This document shows, one piece after another, positions 35,344-36,500 of a DNA stretch of 36,500 nt. A program made the translations under genes and the position numbers. The stretch comes from Gammaproteobacteria bacterium (lineage in GTDB: Bacteria > Pseudomonadota > Gammaproteobacteria > SURF-13). The stretch lies in contig JBDSOT010000143.1 in assembly GCA_039914705.1 (NCBI GenBank), forward strand, positions 1 to 36,500, read 5' to 3'. The first letter of the stretch is position 1; each line of letters begins with the position of its first letter. Under the pieces are notes generated by a model. That model saw only the letters and a program-made list of their open reading frames with translations, searched no databases and was not told the DNA's origin.

Positions 35344-36500
35344 TTAATTCGCTACTGAACGCACCACGGGTAGGCTGCCTGCTAACCTGCGGCCTTGCCG
35401 CAATAGCTGTTGAAATTCCTCCACGGTCAAGGGCGTACTGAAGTAGTAGCCTTGTATGGCGTCGCAGCCTTGCTGTTGTATAACGGCGAGTTGTTGCGCA
35501 TCTTCCACACCCTCGGCGATGGCCTTGATACCCAGCTTATGAGCCAGGTCGATTACCGCCGAGGTGATCGCCGCGACACTCGGGTCGGTGGCCACGTCCA
35601 GGATGAAAGAGCGGTCAATTTTAAGGGTATTGATGGGGATACGTTTTAGATAGGTCAGCGATGAATAACCGGTGCCGAAGTCATCGATAGCTAACGATAC
35701 GCCCAGCGCGGTGAGTTCATGCATAGTTGCAAGCGTACTGTCCACATTTTCTATCAGCAGGCTCTCGGTGATTTCCAGTTCCAGACACTGCGCTGGCAAG
35801 CCGGCGCGGCGCAAAATACCGGCGACGGTCGTGACTAAGTCATGCTGGTTGAACTGGCGCGTGGAAAGATTGACCGCCAGGCGCAAGTGATTAAAACCTT
35901 GCGCATGCCAAACCTGTGCCTGCTGGCAAGCGGTGCGCAACACCCAGTTGCCGATGGGGACGATAAGCCCGGTTTCTTCGGCGATGGAAATAAATTCGCC
36001 AGGCGGGATGAGCCCCTGTTGGGGATGCCGCCAACGCAATAGCGCCTCCATGCCGATTATAAATCCGCTATGGAGATCCACCACCGGCTGGTAGACCAGA
36101 AAAAATTCTTCTCTTTGTAATGCATTGCGTAGGCTATTTTCCAACGTCATGCGCGTTAATGCGCGGGTGTTGAGTTCAGCGGTGAAGAATTGATAATTGC
36201 CGCGGCCCTTACTCTTGGCGTGATACATGGCGATGTCGGCGCATTTCAGCAGGGCATCTGCGTCTTCGATGCCGTCGCCGGGATAGAGGCTGATACCGAT
36301 GCTGGCGCTGAGCGATAGACGCTGGCCGTTTATTTCGCAAGGGGCGGCCAGCGCGGTGAGCAACTTTTGCGCAAGGTAGGCAACGTCTTCCAGGCGATTG
36401 ATTTCGGAGACCATCACGATGAATTCATCGCCGCCCTGGCGCGACACCGTGTCGTTGGCGCGCACACAGGCCGTGAGTTGGCGCGCCGCCCATTGCAGCA
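35344..36500 (-). CDS. GGDEF-EAL domain signalling protein (C-terminal part; N-terminus beyond window)
   Basis: The frame stays open to the window edge (…LQWAARQLTACVRANDTVSRQGGDEF). The GGDEF motif is intact. EAL domain motifs are EALLRW, DDFGTGYSSL, LKIDRSF, EGVE and QGYYFS. Confidence 0.9.
   Translation of the reverse strand, partial: LQWAARQLTACVRANDTVSRQGGDEFIVMVSEINRLEDVAYLAQKLLTALAAPCEINGQRLSLSASIGISLYPGDGIEDADALLKCADIAMYHAKSKGRGNYQFFTAELNTRALTRMTLENSLRNALQREEFFLVYQPVVDLHSGFIIGMEALLRWRHPQQGLIPPGEFISIAEETGLIVPIGNWVLRTACQQAQVWHAQGFNHLRLAVNLSTRQFNQHDLVTTVAGILRRAGLPAQCLELEITESLLIENVDSTLATMHELTALGVSLAIDDFGTGYSSLTYLKRIPINTLKIDRSFILDVATDPSVAAITSAVIDLAHKLGIKAIAEGVEDAQQLAVIQQQGCDAIQGYYFSTPLTVEEFQQLLRQGRRLAGSLPVVRSVAN

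Noticed and set aside
35083-35347. ORFs 35083-35292 (minus) and 35162-35347 (plus)
   Set aside because: The minus-strand ORF runs out of the MITE core (the SLSKG peptide is from the repeat). Both are short, lack an RBS and lie in a spacer.

Overview
This window looks like a chromosomal, mostly housekeeping segment of a Gram-negative bacterium. Protein similarities and gene order are gammaproteobacterial and Pseudomonas-like. Hand-counted 60-nt lines range from about 35% to about 62% GC. Left to right it contains: (1) a complete tripartite RND efflux operon (adaptor, pump, TolC-type channel); (2) an isochorismatase-family hydrolase; (3) a small 4-TM membrane protein gene bracketed by two inverted copies of a 48-bp double-hairpin repeat; (4) a three-gene lipid-phosphate operon (DAG-kinase-fold lipid kinase, metallophosphoesterase, PAP2 phosphatase); (5) a large LPS inner-core and lipid A region. 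That region has waaF-waaC-hldE-hldD-waaA on the minus strand and waaG, a sulfotransferase, waaP and a tandem-kinase protein on the plus strand. It continues with two divergent ArnT-like GT-C glycosyltransferases, a NodU/CmcH carbamoyltransferase and lpxL; (6) a zf-CHCC protein, ilvE and glnE; (7) groES-groEL with a perfect CIRCE operator, a sigma32-like promoter and a clean terminator; (8) tRNA-Arg(CCG) preceded by two orphan copies of its own 5' end and a REP-like hairpin; (9) a secreted, acidic, repeat-rich protein paired with a beta-barrel outer membrane protein; (10) a 79-bp MITE-like insertion with perfect 18-bp terminal inverted repeats and an 8-bp target duplication; (11) the C-terminal part of a GGDEF-EAL protein running off the window. 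I saw no CRISPR array, cas genes, restriction-modification or toxin-antitoxin genes, and no integrase or transposase ORFs. The most unusual content is the decoration part of the LPS cluster (sulfotransferase coupled to waaP, fused kinases, two GT-C enzymes), the lipid-phosphate operon, the repeat-bracketed membrane gene, the tRNA 5'-fragment array and the secreted-repeat-protein/OMP pair. All functional calls rest on recognising motifs and remembered homologues by eye. No searches were run.
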